DNA of 54,877 nucleotides, the filler included, from Basidiobolus ranarum (taxonomy: Eukaryota): assembly GCA_040143965.1 (NCBI GenBank). It is 4 parts of 4 records of this genome, joined end to end, with 100 filler letters (N's around TTAATTAATTAA, not from the genome) between each part and the next. Parts side by side here need not be neighbours in the genome. Positions count along the whole stretch, not along the records: positions 41,246 to 54,877 come from JASJQH010007347.1; 3 more parts are not named here. The stretch is one strand, 5' to 3'. The translations under genes were made by a program, and so were the position numbers. A model generated the notes under the pieces. The model was not told where the DNA came from, did not search any database, and saw only the letters and a list, made by a program, of their open reading frames with translations. This document shows, one piece after another, positions 51,159 through 54,877 of the stretch. The stretch's first letter is position 1. Every line of letters begins with the position of its first letter.

Positions 51159-52118
51159 ATGCAAAAACGCTATATCGGAGTGCTTGTTACGGCATTTGTC
51201 TGTATTATCCTCATAATTACCTATGTTACCTTAACGCCCTCCGGGTCCCCTAAAGTCTTTGACACTCTTGGCCTCGACACATCTGCCCTCAACACAACTA
51301 TTCCTGTGTCTACTGAAAAAGTACGTCCGGAACAGATCGCTATTGTTATGGCCTATGATAACTATTCGCCTGTATATGTTCCCAAAACCGTAGACAATAA
51401 GAAAGAATATGCCAAATACCATGGGTACAAGATTTTCGTCCAAGAAATCGAACAATCCGCTTTACATGCGGTTGGTATACATTTCTAGTTAAATATTATT
51501 TTTCTATCCATATAGACTAATTAGGAGATGTATTTTTTATGGTTGATTGGAAATACCTAGTCCTGGAGCAAAATCACGTATATGAAACAGGTGATGGAGG
51601 AGAATCCTCACATAGAGTGGTTTTGGTGGATAGACCTGGATAGTATTATCATGGAGCCCACTATCCCTCTTGAAAAGCAAGTGTTGGACCCGAGAAAGAT
51701 TGTCAACTATGCTAATAAGGATGTTATTATATCTTGGGACTGTAATGGAATGAATACTGGTAGCTTCTTCCTACGCAACCGCCCCTGGACACATGATTTC
51801 TTGAACATGATGGTTGAGTATTCAACTTATGATCCTAGCTATTATGGCGAACAACGAGTCATGCAAAGAGTCTATCGTAAGGATCAAACTATTGTCGATC
51901 ACTTTAGCTTCCCCATACTTCGTCAATTTGGAGCTGCTCTTGAACACAAGTGCGATTTAGATTATGGAGATTGGCAAAGTATTCACTTGTATCATCCTGG
52001 TGACTTCCTTGTTCACATGACCAATTGTGAGCATATCACAGACTGTGAAGATAAATTCCACGATCTTTGGGAGAAACGTAAGATGTTACCCAAGGCCAAC
52101 ATAGATAGCGAGAATTAA
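51159..52118 (+). CDS. Glycosyltransferase family 34 (Mnn10/Gma12-like), type II membrane protein, 2 exons
   Basis: Exons 51159-51470 and 51561-52118 join in frame. N-terminal TM; motifs NKKEYAKYHGY, SWSKI, EWFWWIDLDSIIM (DxD), DCNGMNTGSFFLRN, EQ and GDFLVH. Confidence 0.92.
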
Positions 52119-52158
52119 CAAAGTACACCATTCAACGTAACCTGTATCTCATATATAC

Positions 52159-52187
52159 CTGAATGCTGAATGCTGAATGCTGAATGC
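52159..52187. repeat. (CTGAATG)4 heptamer repeat in the GT34 3' region
   Basis: Four perfect copies. Confidence 0.9.
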
Positions 52188-52357
52188 GACTATTCTTATG
52201 ACTTATTTGTAAAATAAATTAGCGTGCTAAAGAGGTGGTCTAGACACTTGCTATCTGATATGAGCAATAATTGAACATTAAAATGAAATTCTAAAGAGAT
52301 CTAGACTGCATTGAATTTATGATTGACTGATAGAATAGTGTAACAAGAATTCACGAA

Positions 52358-52735
52358 TCAACTACTCCAGGAGACAAACTCATCTAGTAAACTCTGGAAA
52401 TCCCCCTGAGCGCCTTTTCTTCCGGTCAACACGTCCCGCACGAAGCCCACCTTTAAATCGCCATAGTAATGTGGATACAAGGTCTGATCTGGAGCGTTAG
52501 ATCTAGAGAGTTCCCATTGAGTTGCTTCTTCAATTCTTGAATAATCTATCTTTAAGATGGAGATCTCTCGAAAGTAGTGAAATTTCTGTTGAACGATGGC
52601 GGGTACTTGTTCTGCAGATGCCAGGTGTATGAATCCAATGTCTTCGTCTATGGCGGTTCGATCAATGGGTTGATTTGGATCCCCATTTAATGGTACATCG
52701 GGAAGTGCTATCTTGTAGACAAAGTTAGGATTCAT
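52358..52735 (-). CDS. DUF952 family protein
   Basis: ATG at 52735; motifs VYKI, D...GFIHLASAEQV, WE and YPHYYGDL. Confidence 0.88.
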   Translation of the reverse strand: MNPNFVYKIALPDVPLNGDPNQPIDRTAIDEDIGFIHLASAEQVPAIVQQKFHYFREISILKIDYSRIEEATQWELSRSNAPDQTLYPHYYGDLKVGFVRDVLTGRKGAQGDFQSLLDEFVSWSS

Positions 52736-52973
52736 GGTGAGTTGGAATGACTCTGAAGTCACCTTCGTATTTATACTTTTCCTTGAATTGGAATCCACTT
52801 CTCTCCACCTTCATCCATGATTGCTTGTACTCCCATATTACTTGAAATACTGTAGTGATTGAATATAGATATTGGCATAGCCACAGGTACACATATGGTA
52901 TTGCAATTCCAACTAGGTCAGTTATTCTTCCATTTATTAAAATATCATCGGGATTTTAGGGGGAGACGTATCC

Positions 52974-53664
52974 TTAAGCAGTCATCAGCATATTTACGAA
53001 CGATTCATAATTGATTGCTCCTTCTTTATCAGTCTCTACTCCTTTGAGTAATTCATCTACCTCGTTTTCAGTTAACTTCTCTCCTAGACTGGTTAATACT
53101 GCAAAAGTGTTAGTAAAGATGTGATTATCTTTGAAAGATTATTAGCAGATAAGGCATACCATAACGAAGTTCTCCTGCGGAAATGAAACCACTACCATCC
53201 TTATCGAACACTTGAAAAGCTTGAATAAATTCTTCCACTGAACCAGACAGTTCAAAACCACCAGGGCGGTTAAGGATATCAAAGAAAGTGTTAAAGTCAA
53301 TAGGTTTACCATCTAACAATAAAAATAGTTAGCTACTACTTCTAAAATAAACCAAACATATCTAAAACTAACTTAGAGAGTCGAGAATAGTTTGAAGATC
53401 AGCTTGAGTGGGATTCTGTCCAAGTGCACGAAGTAATTCTCCAAGTGATTCAGGTGGACATACTCCATCTCCACGTTTATCAAATAGAGAGAAGGCTTCC
53501 TTGTATTCTTTAATAAAAAAAGCAAATGAGTATCTTACTCAATTAATACAAGGGAAACAAATACTACTCACCACTTAGTTGTTCTTCAGGGATGTCAGCC
53601 TATATCAATGTTGGTGATTAGAAAAGTTTATTTTAAATATTGCCACTGAATATATGCTCACCAT
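52974..53664 (-). CDS. cdc4: Myosin essential light chain (Cdc4/Mlc1-like EF-hand protein), 5 exons
   Basis: The first coding exon is the ATG alone. Product includes EYKEAFSLFDKRGDG...LGELLRALGQNPTQA, LNRPGGF...[34 protein letters not shown]...INYESFV. Confidence 0.92.
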
Positions 53665-54292
53665 GATGTTTCGGTGGTGGAGTTCTGTGAGGGTTATGGT
53701 AGAAAGATAATCAACTAGGTTTGTGTATGACGCGGGGAGTTATTGTTTTGCTATTATTGATACCTACGAAATCACCATCGAATCCAATCACATGATCCCC
53801 TCATAAACAACTAATAACTCTTCTATGAAATCTACCAATGATGTGGGTGGTTGGCTGAATACAGTATCAAAACAAATCGAATTGTCATCAAGTTATTATC
53901 GATATCGAATATTTAGCATTACATCACTTGAACACTACTTAAATTGCCCTTCCTTTGTTAGTGTTATCAATATTTGAATTAATTTGGTAGTATTTAGGAT
54001 TAGTGAACAGTAGTTTTGATTTGCATTTCTATAACAAAGGAAATCAGAAGTAATATTCAAAGAGTATTACAGCAGTTCACTACAATTTAATTTCTCTCTA
54101 TATTGCTAATTTATTGCTTTGTATTATAAATATATAGAGAATATTTATGATATTATCAATATCTAGGTGCTTAAATTGATTGTTTCAAAACTCCCACTTG
54201 GTTACTTGTTCTAAACACTAAACCCAAAGCTATTTCCTTATTTTTCCCATTGATGGATTTTTAGTAATTCTTGTATTAGTTTTTGCTAATGC

Positions 54293-54742
54293 TCTGATGC
54301 TAAATTGGCAGATATCTAGGAAGTCATAAGAAATTTGGTAGAAGGCAGCATTGATTATGAAAAAATCTGGAAAGAGTGGAAGCCAGTAGTCATACATTCA
54401 TTAATCAGAATCTTTGTGTTGCTTATCCAGGATTACTTGGGGCCAAAGGCTACTGCATAGAAAGTTGGTCTTCTTATAAAGCATATCAAGAATGTCTGTG
54501 GATTTAACCATACCTGCGCCAATGCTCTGACAGTTAACACAACAATCTTAGGTTAGCCATATGTTGACAAAGCTGCTGAGCCTATCCAGTCATGAAGTGG
54601 GACTAATATTGCCAAGTGGCCTGCTGTAGGAGAAAGCTCATATACTCCAACTAGTCTGCAAAAGAAGCCTCACCTAAAACCTGGCTCTAAAAGTAGACTG
54701 AACCCAGCCAAGCAGCTGAAGGGAAGTCACATGCTATGTTGA
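54293..54742 (+). pseudogene. Possible decayed coding relic (transposon or pseudogene) in a CpG-depleted tract
   Basis: A 150-codon frame with four internal stops (TAG 54317, TAG 54458, TAG 54554, TGA 54593). Reads as protein-like text (EVIRNLVEGSIDYEKIWKEWKPVVIHSLIRIF). Family not recognised. Confidence 0.35.
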
Positions 54743-54877
54743 AGTTTATTGTCTTTATCATATTTGTTATCTCTATCTTTATACACCTAACTATTTCATA
54801 TATCACTTATTAGTTAGTCAACATTATTTAGTCAAATATCACTTAGCTGCAAATCGGAACATATATTATATATATAT

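Noticed and set aside
53268..53279. ATATCCTTAAC on the minus strand resembling U12 signals
   Set aside because: It lies within conserved coding sequence (DILNRP) of the myosin light chain.

Overview
Eukaryotic (fungal) genomic DNA, roughly 40% GC by eye, with short GT-AG introns of about 55-90 nt. Gene content and style suggest an early-diverging fungus such as a Basidiobolus-like Zoopagomycota or a Mucoromycota species; this is an inference. The window is not one locus. It is four contigs (1-13659, 13760-27410, 27511-41145, 41246-54877) joined by identical 100-nt N44-TTAATTAATTAA-N44 linkers and ordered by decreasing length. Contig 1: ERMARD/DUF4209, a secreted amidase, a 7-TM GPCR and a secreted S10 carboxypeptidase. 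Contig 2: the 3' end of an ELL/occludin-domain gene, a Cdc25-type RasGEF, Nup98-Nup96, and the start of an RGG protein. Contig 3: the 3' end of a DLD2/D2HGDH gene, an orphan ORF, an F-box/LRR gene, a gene-poor tract and a bacterial-type DAACS symporter. Contig 4: CsbD-like, WBP2-like, BRD7/9-Rsc58-like, bacterial-type GNAT, RPAIN, B-box+DUF2009, Cys-rich surface protein, GT34, DUF952 and myosin light chain genes, then a CpG-depleted relic. I found no clear novel multi-gene system. The best leads are two candidate bacteria-derived genes, a pseudo-bromodomain BRD7-like gene and a speculative amidase-GPCR-carboxypeptidase module. All family calls come from motif recognition by eye, not database searches.
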